A stretch of DNA of 64,000 nt from Squalus acanthias (Eukaryota), in the NCBI GenBank assembly GCA_030390025.1, contig CM059432.1, forward strand, positions 96,288,001 to 96,352,000, read 5' to 3'. The translations under genes and the position numbers were made by a program. Under the pieces are notes generated by a model. The model made no database searches and was not told the origin of the DNA. It worked only from the letters and a program-made list of their open reading frames with translations. Positions 12,350 through 25,253 of this stretch are shown in pieces (within the stretch, counting starts at the first letter, position 1; each line of letters begins with the position of its first letter).

Positions 12350-15267
12350 TATAGCTATTACAGAGACGTGGCTGAAAGAGGAGCAGGTATGGCAGCTCAA
12401 CATTCCTGGTTACAGGATTTTCAGACGGGATAGAGAGGGGGGTAAAAAGGGAGGTGGGGTCGCGGTATTGATTAAAGAAACTATTACAGCTGTGAGGAGG
12501 GATGATATGTTGGAGGGATTATCAAACAAGGCCATAGGGGTGAAATTGAAAAACAAAAAAGGGGCAATCACACTGCTGGGAGTGTACTACAGACCCCCAA
12601 ACAGTGAGAGGGAGATAGAAGAACAAATATGTAGACAAATTTCTGAGAAGTGCAAAAACTATAGGGAAGTAATAGTAGGGGATTTCAACTACCCCAATAT
12701 TAACTGGGATAAAATTAGTGTGAAGGGTATAGAGGATGTCGGAATTCCTAAAATGCATCCAGGAGAACTTTTTTAGCCAGTATGTAGCAAGCCCAGCAAG
12801 GGAGGAGGCGGTTCTGGACTTAGTTTTAGGAAATGAAGCTAGGCAGGTAGAAGGCGTATCAGTGGGGGAGCATTTTGGTGCTAGTGACCATAATTCTGTT
12901 AGATTTAAGGTATAATGGAAAAGGACAAGGATAGACCAGGAATAAAAATTCTAAATTCGGGAAAAGCAAATTTTGCTAAGCTCAAGGGGATTTAGCCATA
13001 GTGGACTGGAAACAGCTACTTGAAGGTAAATCAGTGTCAGAGCAGTGGGAGGCATTCAAGAAGGAGATCCGGAGGGTTCAGACCAAATATGTGCCCTTAA
13101 AGAAAAAAGGTGGGACTAACAAATCGAGAGCCCCCTGGATGTCTAGGGACATACAGGGTAGGATAAAGAAAAAAAGGGAGGCGTATGACAGATACTGAGG
13201 ACTAAATACTCCAGAATATTTAGAGGAGTACAGAAAGTGCAGGGGTGCAATTAAAAAGGATATTAGGAAAGCAAAGAGAGAGCATGAAAAATTCTTGGCA
13301 AGTAAAATCAAGGAAAACCCAAAGATGTTTTATAAATATATTAAGAGTAAGAGGATAACTAAAGAAAGGGTAGGGCTTATTCAAGATCATGAGGGTAATC
13401 TGTGTGTGGAGGCGGGAGATGTCAATAGGGTTCTTAATGAATACTTTGCGTCTGTTTTCACAAAGGAGAGGGGCGAAGCAGACATTGCTATCAGGGGGGA
13501 GGAGTGTGAAACATTCAATGAAATAAACATAGTGAGAGAGGAAGTATTAAGGGGTTTAGCAGCTTTAAAAGTGGATAAATCCCCAGGCCCGGATGAAATG
13601 TATCCCAGGCTGTTAAGCGAAGCAAAAGAGGAAATAGCAGAGGCCCTGACCATCATTTTTCAATCCTCTCTGGCTTCAGGTGTAGTGCCGGAGGACTGCT
13701 AATGTGGTACCCTTGTTTAAAAAGGGAGAAAAGGATAGACCGAGTAATTACACAGTCAGCCTAACCTCGGTGGTGGGAAAATTATTGGAAAGAATTCTGA
13801 AGGACAGGATAAATCTTCATTTAGAAAGACATGGATTAATCAAGGATAGTCAGCACGGATTTGTTAAGGGAAGGTCGTGTCTGACAAACTTGATTGAATT
13901 TTTTGAGGAGGTAACAAGGAGGGTAGATGAGGGTAGTGCGTTTGATGTAGTGTATATGGACTTTAGCAAGGCTTTTGATAAGGTTCCACATGACAGACTG
14001 GTCACGAAGTTAAAAGCCCATGGGATCCAGGGCAAAGTGTCAAGTTGGATTCAAAACTGGCTCGGAGGCAGGAAGCAGAGGGTAATGGTTGATGGGTGTT
14101 TTTGTGACTGGAAGGCTGTTTCCATTGGGGTTCCACTGGGCTCAGTACTAGGTCCCTTGCTTTTTGTGGTATATATCAATGATCTAGACTTGAATATAGG
14201 GGGTCTGATTAAGAAGTTTGCAGATGATACGAAAATCGGCTGTGTGGTTGATACTGAAGAAGGAAGCTGTAGACTGCAGGAAGATATCAATAAATTGGTC
14301 AGGTGGGCAGAACAGTGGCAAATGGAATTCAATCCGGAGAAGTGTGAGGTAATGCATTTGGGGAGGGCTAATAAGGAAAGGGAATACACATTAAATGGTA
14401 GGACACTGAGTAGTGTAGAGGAATAAAGGGACCTTGGAGTGCATGTCCACAGATCCCTGAAGGTAGCAGGCCAGGTAGATAAGGTGGTTAAGAAGGCATA
14501 CGGAATGCTTGCCTTTATTAGCCGTGGCATAGAATACAAAAGCAGGGGGGTTATGCTTCAACTGTATAAAACACTAGTTAGGCCTCAGCTGGAGTACTGC
14601 GTGCAGTTCTGGTCACCACATTGCAGGAAAGATGTGATTGCACTAGAGAGAGTACAGAGGAGATTTACAAGGATGTTGCCGGGAGTAGAGAATCTTAGCT
14701 ATGAGGAAAGACTGGATAGGCTGGGTCTGTTTTCCTTGGAACAGAGGAGGCTGAGGGGAGACCTTATTGAGGTGTATAAAATTATGAGGGGCATAGATAA
14801 AGTGGATAGAAAGGACCTATTTCCCTTAGCAGAGGGGTCAAAAACCAGGGGGCACAGATTTAAAATAATTGGTGCAAGGTTTAGAGGGGATTTGAGGGGA
14901 AATTTCTTCACCCAGAGGGTTGTGGGGGTCTGGAACTCACTGCCTGAAAGGGTGGTAGAGGCAGAAACCTAACCACATTTAAAAAGTACTTGCATGTGCA
15001 GTTGGGATGCTGTAACCTGCAGGGCTACGGACCAAGAGCTGGAAAGTGGGATTAGGCTGGATAGCTCTTTGTTGGCCGGCGCGGACACGATGGGCTGAAA
15101 TGGCCTCCTTCGTGCTGTAACTTTCTATGATTCTATGATTCCTTTTGTCTCTTAATCTCTCCTGCCTTCCATCCTATCACAGACCTTCCCTTTTGTTCTT
15201 TCCTCCCCTCCCCCCTTTCCCTGCCCCTACACTTGCTTAAAAACCTGTTCCATCTCCAGCTTTTTCC

Positions 15268-15304
15268 AGTTCTGACGAAGGGTCATTGACCTGAAACGTT
15301 AACT
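15268..15304 (+). ncRNA. Minimal type I hammerhead ribozyme motif
   Basis: AGTT-CTGACGA-AG-GGTC-ATT-GACC-T-GAAAC-GTT-AACT. Confidence 0.8.
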
Positions 15305-16716
15305 CTGTTTCTCTCTCCACAGATGCTGCCTGACCTTCTGAATATTTCCAGCATTTTCTGTTTTTATTTCTGCTTCCTTCCTTGTTGGACTGGAGATATA
15401 TTGATAGAAAAGTTTCTCCTGTACTTCTCTACTCTTAGCACTATGTGTTTTCCCTGTCCATATTAGGGTAATTAAAGGCTCCTAATACTACTACTCTATT
15501 TTTGTTACACACCTTTGAAATTTGCCAACAAATGGTCTCATTTATCTGTTTGCATTTCTATAAAAAAAACTCCCAGCAATGCAACAGCTCCCCCTCTGTT
15601 CCTTAACTCAAGCCAAGTAGATTCAGTCCTAGAACCAACTTGTATATACTTCTTATTTAGAACTGTAACATCACCCTTAATACGGCCATGCCCCCTCTTC
15701 TTTTTCCTTCTCTATCATTCCTGAATACTTGGTAACCAGAAATATTAAGAATCCATTCCAGGCCGTGTTTGAGCCATGTCTCTGTTAATGCAACCACGTC
15801 ATAATCCCATGTGGCAATTTACCAATGTGCAGCTCACCAACCTTATTAGTTACACTACGGGCATTGACGTACATACAATTTAATACCTCCTTTGTCACTT
15901 TTGCTATTTTCCTCAATCTGGTCCCTGCAATTTTTATGATATTTCTAATTTAACTGCTGTTTATATCTCTCTGTCCTCTGATCTCATTGCTGCTCCTTTC
16001 TGCTATTTTCTGGTTCCTCTCCCCCTGCCAAATTAGTTTAAACCCTCCCAAACAGTACTAGTTAAACTTTCAGTGAGAACATTGGTCCTGGTTCTGTTCA
16101 GGTTATAATTTGTCTTGGTTATAATTTGTAAGATTACCACCTGCCTGACTGGAAAAGTGTTAACCCCACAGCAGCTCATGTAGTCAGCCTCATTTTAATA
16201 AATGGGACGAGCACCAGCCCTTACTGGGCCTGAAATTGGGAGCGAATCGGAGGGTGGAAAAATGAAGGCTGCTGACAAAGGATGATGGGAAATTTTAGAC
16301 TCAAGTTTGACCAGTTTTTTTTGACAGCCATTTTAATAATCAATGTAAGTGATGCAAGTTCCCATGCTTTCCAGCTCCCTCCGCTTCCATGCAGTCGTGC
16401 GTCCGGCAAAAGGAAAAAAAAAGCTGCAAAGAGCATATTTAAATTATAGGGGGGATTCAGCAGTCCAGTGTTCTCAGAGTGGAACAGAGTTCGCTGGGAG
16501 CACATCTTCCGAAATTGCAGATACGCAGCCCATGATTTTCTTTCCATTAAATGTTGCAGCATTCTATTTCCCAAGATATACTCCCGGAGAATGTCGCTCC
16601 CAGCTGGGCGCACTAGATTTTGGAATCACCCATTATATCCGCGAACTTGGCTTGCAATATCCTAGCTGTGCTATTGCAACCAGTGATCCCAGTGGTAGCT
16701 ACATCTTAGAATCATA

Positions 16717-17418
16717 GGGCTAGAAATTCGGAGCATTTGCGCCTCTCTTTAGCCCGGGCGCGGCGCCGCTAATGACTCCCGCTAAATTCAGCGGTAGTTT
16801 AGCGGCAGCGGTAACCGGTAGTGCCCCGCTCCGCTGCGTAGGTGACGTGCGCAGGGCCCCGTTTTCGCCCCACCTGCAAAATTGGCCCGCGCCCCCTGAA
16901 TCTGCGCCAGGCGATGACAGCGACTGATTCAGGGGCGGGAACAGAGCGGCAGGAGTCTCGCGGGGCGCTAACTAAAGGAGAGGTAGTGGGCGGGGAAAGA
17001 AAATCGGCTGACTTACTTGTCACGGCCCGTTGCATCTTTGAACGCGGGGTCCATGCCGTGATCTGGCAGCCCGGCACTCCTCTTCTGTGCCGGGCTGCTG
17101 GCACAGCACCCCGCTCCCCAGTGCTCCAGCTAGGGCCCCGCAGAGTTGTGGGCTTGGGCCCTCCCCTTTAATGAGGGGAAGAGCGCTTCCATGCGGCAGT
17201 GCTACGTGGCCCAGTGCGTCGCGCTGCAGAACGCACCACCCCGATATTCGGGGTTAGCGCACTAAGAAGGAAGTGGAGCGCTTGATTTAGTGCTCCACTT
17301 CCCTCTTGGGGCGCTAAAACTGAATTTTGCAGTTGTCGGTGCTAATTAGCGACGGGCGCTAAAGTTAACGCCCAGGCAATGTTAGCGCCCCAAAATGGTC
17401 GATACCGAATTTTTCCAC
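16717..17418. mobile_element. Harbinger MITE related to 61472-62136 (inverted)
   Basis: Ends GGGCTAGAAATTCGG and CCGAATTTTTCCACC, with many GGCGCTAA motifs. No TSD; the adjacent CR1 3' end appears deleted. Confidence 0.75.
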
Positions 17419-17853
17419 CATCCTTTCAGGCAGTGCATTCCAGATCCTAACCACTCACTGCGTAAAACAGTTTTTCCTCATGTCGTCTTTGGTTCTTCTG
17501 CCAATCACCTTAAATTTGTGTCCTCTGGTTCTCGAACCTTCTGCCAGTTTCTCTCTATCTACTCTGTCTAGACCCCTGATGATTTTGAACACCTCTATCA
17601 AATCTCCTCTCAACCTTCTCTGCTCTAAGGAGAACAACCCCAGCTTCTCTACTCTATTCACATAACTGAAATCTCTCATCCCTGGAACCATTCTTGTAAA
17701 TCTTTCCTGCACCCTCTCTAAGGCCTTCACATCCTTCCTAAAGTGCGGTGCCCACAATTGGACACAATACTCCAGTTGAGGCCGAACCAGTATTTTATAA
17801 AGGTTCATCACAACTTCCTTGCTTTTGTACTCTATGCCTCTATATATGGAGAA

Positions 17854-18060
17854 AATTGAGAGGTCGCACAACACCAGGTTATAGTCCAACAGTTTTATTT
17901 TAAATCACAAGCTTTCGGAGTTACAACTGCTTCGTCAGGTGAAGGAGTTGTAACTCCGAAAGCTTGTGATTTAAAATAAAACTGTTGGACTATAAGATGG
18001 TGTTGTGCGACCTCTCAATTTTGTCCACCCCAGTCCAACACCGGCATCTCCGCATCATGA
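17854..18060. mobile_element. Palindromic Penelope-like pLTR insertion (second family)
   Basis: 80-bp inverted arms 17854-17933 and 17941-18020 with 3 mismatches. 17-bp TSD CCTCTATATATGGAGAA at 17837-17853 and 18061-18077. Contains a hammerhead core. Confidence 0.8.
17905..17942 (-). ncRNA. Minimal type I hammerhead ribozyme motif
   Basis: TCAC-CTGACGA-A-GCAG-TTGTAA-CTCC-GAAAG-CTT-GTGA. Stem I is TCAC/GTGA and stem II has one mismatch. Confidence 0.7.
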
Positions 18061-18906
18061 CCTCTATATATGGAGAACAGGATCCCGTATGCTTTTTTAA
18101 GCACTTTCTTAACCTGGCCTGCCACCTTCAACGATTTGTGCACATATACCCCCAGGTCTCTCTGTTCATGCACCCCCTTTAGAATTGTACCCTTTAGTTT
18201 ATATTGCCTCTCCTCATTCTTCCTACCAAAATGAATCACTTCGCACTTTTCTGCGTTCAATTTCATCTGCCACGTGTCTGCCCATTCCACCAGCCTGTCT
18301 ATGTCTTCTTGAAGTCTTTCACTATCCTCCTCAGTGTTCACTATACTTCTAAGTTTTGTTTCATCTGCAAATTTTGAAATTGTGCCCTGTACACCCAAGT
18401 CTAAGTCATTAATATATATCAAGAAAAACAGTGGTCCTAGTACTGACCCCTGGGGAACACCACTGTGTACCTTCCTCCAGTCCGATAAACAACCGTTCAC
18501 CACTACTCTCTGTTTCCTGTCACTTAGCCAATTTTGTATCCATGTTGCCACTGTCCCTTTTATTCCATGGGCTTCAAATTTGCTGGCAAGCCTATTATGT
18601 GTATTTTAAATGTTATCTGAATAGGAACAGAGCATATCTAAAGGATCACCAGATCTGTGTGCACATCTGTTCATCGCCACAATTCACAGCTTTTATAAGA
18701 GTGAAATGCTCCAAGAAAAATATTGTGAAATTTCTCTCAGAATACCTAGGGCTAGAAATTCGGTTTCGTCCCGGTTGGGGCGCTAAATTAAAAAAAAGTT
18801 GGAGAAATAGCGTCAGGCGCTAATCCTTCTGACCTCCCACTAAATTGATTGTTAGCACTCCAAGAAAGAGCTGGAGCACTAAATCAAGCGCTAATCAGCT
18901 AACTTA

Positions 18907-19451
18907 GGGCGCTACACAGAGAGCGGGGCGCTACACACAGAGAGTGGGGCGCTACACACAGAGAGCGGGGCGCTACACACAGAGAGTGGGGCGCTACACA
19001 CAGAGAGCGGGGCGCTACACACAGAGAGTGGGGCGCTACACACAGAGAGCGGGGCGCTACACACAGAGAGAGCGGGGCGCTACACACAGAGAGCGGGGCG
19101 CTACACACAGAGAGCGGGGCGCTACACACAGAGAGCGGGGCGCTACACACAGAGAGCGGGGCGCTACACACAGAGAGCGGGGCGCTACACACAGAGAGCG
19201 GGGCGCTACACACACAGAGAGCGGGGCGCTACACACAGAGAGCGGGGCGCTACACACAGAGAGCGGGGCACTACACACAGAGAGCGGGGCGCTACACACA
19301 GAGAGCGGGGCGCTACACACAGAGAGCGGGGCGCTACACACAGAGAGCGGGGCGCTACACACAGAGAGCGGGGCGCTACACACAGAGAGCGGGGCGCTAC
19401 ACACAGAGAGCGGGGCGCTACACACAGAGAGCGGGGCGCTACACACAGAGC
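18907..19451. repeat. 21-bp minisatellite GGGGCGCTACACACAGAGAGC, about 26 copies
   Basis: Direct tandem array; the ORF track shows 7-aa periodicity. Confidence 0.95.
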
Positions 19452-19604
19452 GATAACCAATTTCAGGTGCACTCCAATCGGGACTCATCATTCACACTGG
19501 TGCCTTCCAGTTCTTAAAGGGGAGGTTCATTCATTCTACACAACCTCATTCTCAACATTGCTGGCTATGAAGGCGGCCTCCAAGCAACTCAACCTCTTAT
19601 CATC

Positions 19605-21468
19605 ATGGCTGATCCCACTTCCAGGGAGAGAGCTCACCGTTTCAGTGACCAGGCATTGGAAGCATTGGTCACAGCAGTCGAAAGAAGGAGGGCTGTGTTG
19701 TTCCTGGCCACTGGCAGGAGGCCATTGCCCCAGGTCTTCAGAGCAATGTGGAGCGAAGTGGCCCAGGACGTCTTGGCCAGCAGTGTGCTCCTCAGGACCC
19801 TCACACAGTGCCGTAAAAAATTCAACAACCTCACTCGGGTGGTCAGGGTGAGTACATGCTTCAACATGTCCTACATACCAGGATCTGAACCTCGGTCTGT
19901 ACACACTACACAAACCACCACACCCCCACCACTCACCCACCAAGCATCTCCATCTACTAAAATTCACATCCACATCTCACACCTTGCCTACAATCACAGC
20001 TATTCAACAGGCACATCTCCCAAACACACAGCTACACACTCACTCACACACTTTCCTTTCTCTTGCAGACCAAGCTGGCCCACAGTAGGAGGGAGCAGGA
20101 ACGAACAGGCTGGGGTGAAGCAGACATTCAACAGCTTACAGACCTGGAGGAGCGAGTGCTGAGAGTCATTGGGCAGCAGGTGGTGGGCGCCGTTGCCGTT
20201 GGCAATGTCGACCGACTTAGGGGCAACAACGGAATGTCCATCCCGTCTCCATCTGTCATCCCACTTCCCTGTCACACCACAAGCCTTTCCCACTTTCCAG
20301 CTCATTATACTGTCTGCATTCCTTGCTCCCTTCATGACCACTGCCCTCACCTTAACGTGAGTCATGTGCCTTTATGCTTTCAGATAATCAGCAACCAGCT
20401 GATAAGCCTGTCCCTGAGCCTCCCAGTGAGAGTGAGGCGGGAGAAGAGGAGGAGGAAGAAAGCACCGCGTCACTGCATGTCTCACCCACAGGCACCCACT
20501 CAGATACTGGCACTACACAATCTTTGGAGGCAAGTTTAGTAGAAGGGTCTGCACTGCATGATGCACTGGGGACAAGCGGGCTGCAGCAAGCCAGGGGGAA
20601 AGGGTAGCTTGGGAGCCAGCTCCCCGGAGGGCGAGTTCACGTGCGAGTTCTGCTGCACAGGACTCAGATGAGGACCTCGATAGGGAGGCATTCACAAGAA
20701 GGGTGATGGGCATGCACACCGAGATCATAGGTGCAATGGCAAGGGTGCCTGAGAGCCTGTTGGCAATGGTAAGGAGTGCGGAGGAGTCCGACTCCAACAT
20801 TGCACAGAGCTCTGCGCACACCATGGAGCCCATCCTTGGCAGTCTGCCAAGGATGGTGGACTCCCTGAGAGACCGTGTGGGGACCCAGACCTCATGCCGC
20901 ATGTCATGGGCGATGTAGCAACATCCATTGCAGCACAGACGGAAGCCACGCAACGTCTTAGTGCAGTAATGCAGTCAATGGTTGGTGGCATCGAGTCTCA
21001 GGCTGCTCTCATGCAGTCTCAGCTTGATGCCACGAAAGCTCTGACTACTGCCATCATCATTGGGTCCACCACAGTCCACCGGGGATCTCACAATGTCGCA
21101 GCAGGCCAGCAATCTGTGCTCCAGCAGATGGTTAGGGATGCTGAGGTGCTGCCCCGGGGAGCGGCAGTGGATCAGTGGAGCAGGTAGCTGCTCTCTCAGG
21201 ATGACAGCATTCCTGCTCCCACCACTGACACTCCGCCATTGCCCTTGTCGCTGCCTGTCATCCAGCCAGGCCAGACTGCTGCCGCACAGCCTGAGGAGGT
21301 GCAGTGAGTCGAGGGCGTCCTGCAAGGCCATCTGCAGTCTCTGGCACCGACACTCAGCAGCCTTCCAGCAGCCGTGCTGCAGCCACTGAGGACAGACTAC
21401 GTAGGAGCAGTAGATTAATAAAAGGCACTGTAAAGAGGGGAAGTAAGGGTTTGCACAAGGGTGATTAG
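19605..21468 (+). pseudogene. Harbinger Myb/SANT gene with three exons, decayed
   Basis: Exon 1 19605-19847 encodes RERAHRFSDQALEALV...W...QCRKKFNNL and ends at AGG|GTGAGT. The exon 2 donor is mutated (GAATGT) and exon 3 has frameshifts. Confidence 0.85.
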
Positions 21469-21626
21469 TTCATATTGTTGTTGTATATATGTGTTTACTG
21501 ATAAATTTATTAATTGAATTTTGCAGAATTTGTGGTGTCTCTCATTTCAGCTTTGTGCTATGATATAGCATGTGAAATGTTTGGAATGATGGGGATGTAG
21601 TGAGCAACATAGATCTGGGGTTTAAT

Positions 21627-24600
21627 TTATTGGAACCGCAGTCTGATGAGGCGGTCAAGGACCGCCCTTCCAGAATGCTGATTGAGTGGCTGCCTCCTCC
21701 CTCGCTCCTGTTCCTCTTCCTCCTCCTCCCCATCTTCCTCGTCCTCCTCGTCATCCTCCTCCTCTCCCTCTTCCTCCTCCTGAAGTGGTCCCGCAATCCC
21801 TGGTGACAATGGCTGGGCCCTTATGATGGCCAAGTTGTGAAGCATGCAGCAGACTACGTGAAATGGGACACCCGCTCTGCCGAGTACTGGAGGGCTCCTC
21901 CTGAGCGGTCAATGCAGCAGAACCGTTGCTTGAGCACCCCGATGGTCTGCTCAATGATGTTCCTGGTGGTGGCATGGCTCTCATTATATGAGTGCTGGGC
22001 AGGAGTGTTGGGGTTGCAGAGGGGAGTCATAAGCCAGGTGGAGATCAGATAGCCATTGGCTCCGACCAGCCAGCCGCGAGCTTGATGTGGTGGCTGGAAG
22101 AGTGCTGGCACAATGGTCTGGCACAGGATGAAGGCATCATGGCTGCTGCCAGGATAAGAACATAAGAACATAAGAAATAGGAGCAGGAATAGGCCACTTG
22201 GTCCCTCGAGCCTGCTCCGCCATTCAATAAGATCATGGCTGATCTTGGGCTCAAAGCCACTTCCCCACCCGCTCCCCATAACCCTTCACTCCCTTATCTT
22301 GCAAAAATTTGTCTATCTCCACCTTAAATGTATTTAATGACCCAGCCTCCACAGGTCTCTGGGGCAGAGAATTCCACAGATTTACGACCCTCTGACAGAA
22401 GAAATTCCTCCTCATCTCAGTTCTAAAAGGGCGACCCTTTATTCTAAAACTGTGCCCCCGCGTTCTAGATTTCCCCATGAAGGGAAACATCCTCTCTGCA
22501 TCTACCTTATCATGCCCCCTCAGTATCTTATATGTTTCAATAAGATCACCACTCATTCTTCTAAATTCCAATGAGTATAGGCCCAGCCTGCTCAACCTTT
22601 CCTCATAAGTCAACCCCCTCATCTCTGGAATTAACCTAGTGAATCGTCTCTGAACTGCCTCCAATGCAAGTATATCCTTCCTTAAATAAGGAGACCGAAA
22701 CTGTACGCAGTACTCAAGGTGTGGTCTCACCAATACCCTGTACAGTTGTAGCAGGACTTCCCTGCTTTTATACTCCAACCCCTTTGAAATAATGGCCAAC
22801 ATTCCATTTGCCTTTTTGATTACTTGCTGTACCTGCATGCTAACTTTTTGTGTTTCATGCACAAGGACCCCCAGGTCCCTCTGCACTGTAGCATTTTGTA
22901 ATCTCTCTCCATTTAAATAACAATTTGCTTTTTTATTTTTCCTGCCAAAATGTATAACCTCGCACTTTCCCACATTATACTCCATCTGCCAAATGTTTGC
23001 CCACTCACTTAGCCTGTCTATATCCCTTTGCAGGTTCTTTGAGTCCTCTGCACAACTTGCTTTCCCACCCATCTTTGTATCATCTGCAAATTTGGCTACA
23101 TTACACTCGGTCCCTTCATCCAAGTCATTAATGTAGATTGTAAATAGTTGAGGCCCCAGCACCGATCCCTGTGGCACCCCACTAGTTACCGTTTGCCAAC
23201 CGGAAAATGACCCATTTATCCCGACTCTCTGCTTTCTGTTGGTTAGCCAATTCTCTATCCATGCTAATATATTACCCCCAATTCCGTGAGCTCTTATCTT
23301 ATGCAGTAACCTTTTATGTGGCACCTTATCGAATGCCTTCTGGAACTCCACTGGTTCACCTTTGTCCATCCTGCTCGTTACCTCCTCAAAGAACTCCAGC
23401 AAGTTTGTTAAACATGATTTCCCTTTCATAAAACCATGCTGACTCTGCTTGACTGCATTATGATTTTCCAAATGCCCTGCTACTGCTTCTTTAATGAAGG
23501 ACTCCAGCATTTTCCCAATGACAGATGTTAGGCTAACTGGTCTATAGTTTCCTGCTTTCTGTCTCCCTCCTTTCTTAAATAGGGGTGTTACATTTGTGGT
23601 TTTCCAAACCGTTGGGATCTCTCCAGAGTCCAGGGAATTTTGGTATATTGCAACCAATGCATCCACTATCTCTGCAGCCACTTCTTTTAAACCCTGGGAT
23701 GCAAGCCATCTGGTCCAGGGGACTTGTCATCTTTTCGTTCCATTTTTTACCAAGTACTATTTCCTTAGTGATAGTGATTGTCTTTAGATCCCCCCTCCCT
23801 GTGGTCCCTTGATTATCCATTATTGGGATGTTGTTAGTGTCTTCTACCGTGAAGACAGATACAAAATATTTGTTCAGAGTCTCTGCCATTTCCCCGTTCC
23901 CCATTATTAATTCCCCAGTCTCATCCTCTAAGGGACCAATGTTTACTTGAGCTACCCTCTTCCTTTTTATATACCTTTAGAAGCTCTTACTATCTGTTTT
24001 AATGTTTCTTGCCAGTTTACTCTCATAATTCATCATCTCTCTCTTTATTATTTTTTTAGTCATCCTTTGCTGGTTTTTAAAAATTTCCCAATCCTCTGGT
24101 CTCCCACTAATCCTGGCAACATTCAATTTGATACCATCCTTTACTTCCTTAGTTAGCCACGGATGGTGCTCCTTCTCTTAAATTCTTTCTTTCTCACTGG
24201 AATATATTTTTGTTGAGAGTTATGAAATATCTTCTTAAATGTCCGCCACTGCATTTCAGCTGTCTCACCCTTTAATTTATTTTTCCAATCCACTTCAGCC
24301 AGTTCTGCCCTCATCCATTATAATTGCCTTTGTTTAAGATCAGGACACTGGTTTGAGATACAACTTTCTCACCCTCCAACTGAATTTGAAATTCAACCAT
24401 GCTATGATCACTTTTTCCTAGAGGATCCTTTACTATGAGATCATCTATTAATTCTGTCTCATTACATAGTACCAGATCCAAGATAGCCTGCTCCCTGGTT
24501 GGTTCCATTACATACTGTTCTAGGAAACCATCCTGGATGCACTCTATGAACTCCTCCTCAAGGCTACCATGGCCAATTTGATTTGTCCAATCAATATGGA

Positions 24601-25253
24601 GATTAATATGGGCATTGACGGTGAGGATTCTCTGTCTGTGGTCGCACACCAACTGGACATTAAGAGAGTGGTAGCCTTTGCGGTTACGTAAGACTTCAGG
24701 ATTGTTATGGGGTACCCGCAAAATGACATGGGTGCAGTCAATGGCGCCCTGCACCATGGGGAAGCCTGCTATCCTGGCAACGCCACATGCACGCTCGTCC
24801 TGCTTCTCTCTGGTGATGGGAAGGAAATGTAGTCCCTTCTCCTTCTGTAGAGAGCCTCTGTGACCTCCCGGATGCAGCAATGGACGGCAAACTGCGAGAT
24901 GTTAGCTATGTCTCCTGCTGTAGACTGGAACGATCCACTGGCATAGGAATTGAGGGCGATGGTGACCTTGACCTCCTGATCTGAGGCTCGAGGTCTGGCT
25001 GCAGGAGGTGGCAGAGTTCTGTGACCACCTCCTTGCTGAAGTGGAACCTTCTAAGACACTACTCCTCAGTTAAATTTATGTAGGAGAAGTGCTCCCGGAA
25101 TACCCTGGGAGGGTAAGGCCTCCTGTTGAGAGCCCTGTTGACCCTCCTCCCTCTGGCCACATTTTCCAATCTTTGTCTCTGCCTCCGCTGCCTCCGACGT
25201 TGATGCTGGAGTGCGGGGTTGAGTGCCAGTACGGCCCCCATTAATATAACCAA
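21627..25253 (-). pseudogene. Harbinger transposase, interrupted by a CR1 at about 22156-24616
   Basis: RRPYPPRVFRE, GAIDCTHV, RKGYHSLNVQLVCD, YPGSSHDAFIL and IEQTIGVLKQRF in order, with frameshifts. Confidence 0.88.
22156..24616 (-). mobile_element. 5'-truncated CR1 (HER1-like) LINE
   Basis: 476-aa RT ORF at 22251-23681, (TTCTTATG)n tail at 22156-22175, endonuclease remnant at about 24311-24616. Confidence 0.95.

Larger units (their letters stand above)
10547..15141 (+). mobile_element. Near full-length decayed CR1 LINE (ORF1 esterase plus ORF2 EN-RT), containing a MITE
   Basis: ORF1 SGNH motifs. ORF2 has YFNARS, YRPP, GDFN and FADD motifs with stops and frameshifts. (TTCTATGA)n tail. Confidence 0.95.
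10133..15370 (+). mobile_element. Penelope-like element remnant: inverted pLTR (10133-~10395) plus forward 3' end (~10396-10546 and 15142-15370), interrupted by a CR1
   Basis: 13-bp TSD TGCTTCCTTCCTT at 10120-10132 and 15371-15383. 10170-10395 is the reverse complement of 15141-15370. The same pLTR follows a GIY-YIG C-terminus at 48540 and 63848. Confidence 0.85.
8689..16110 (-). mobile_element. Degenerate CR1 LINE in two pieces (8689-10132 and 15371-16110), split by a Penelope-like insertion
   Basis: ORF 8648-9679 has [20 protein letters not shown] and CADD. The sequence continues across the 13-bp TSD into endonuclease and ORF1-end remnants. Confidence 0.85.
17419..18603 (-). mobile_element. 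CR1 3' fragment split by a small Penelope-like insertion
   Basis: ORFs 18015-18551 and 17455-17889 encode the RT C-terminus. A tail remnant TAGAATCATA lies at about 16707-16716. Confidence 0.88.

Noticed and set aside
18907..19451. CRISPR array or repeat-protein ORFs
   Set aside because: The units are contiguous with no unique spacers, there are no cas genes, and the context is eukaryotic. ORFs are open in many frames only because the unit lacks stops.
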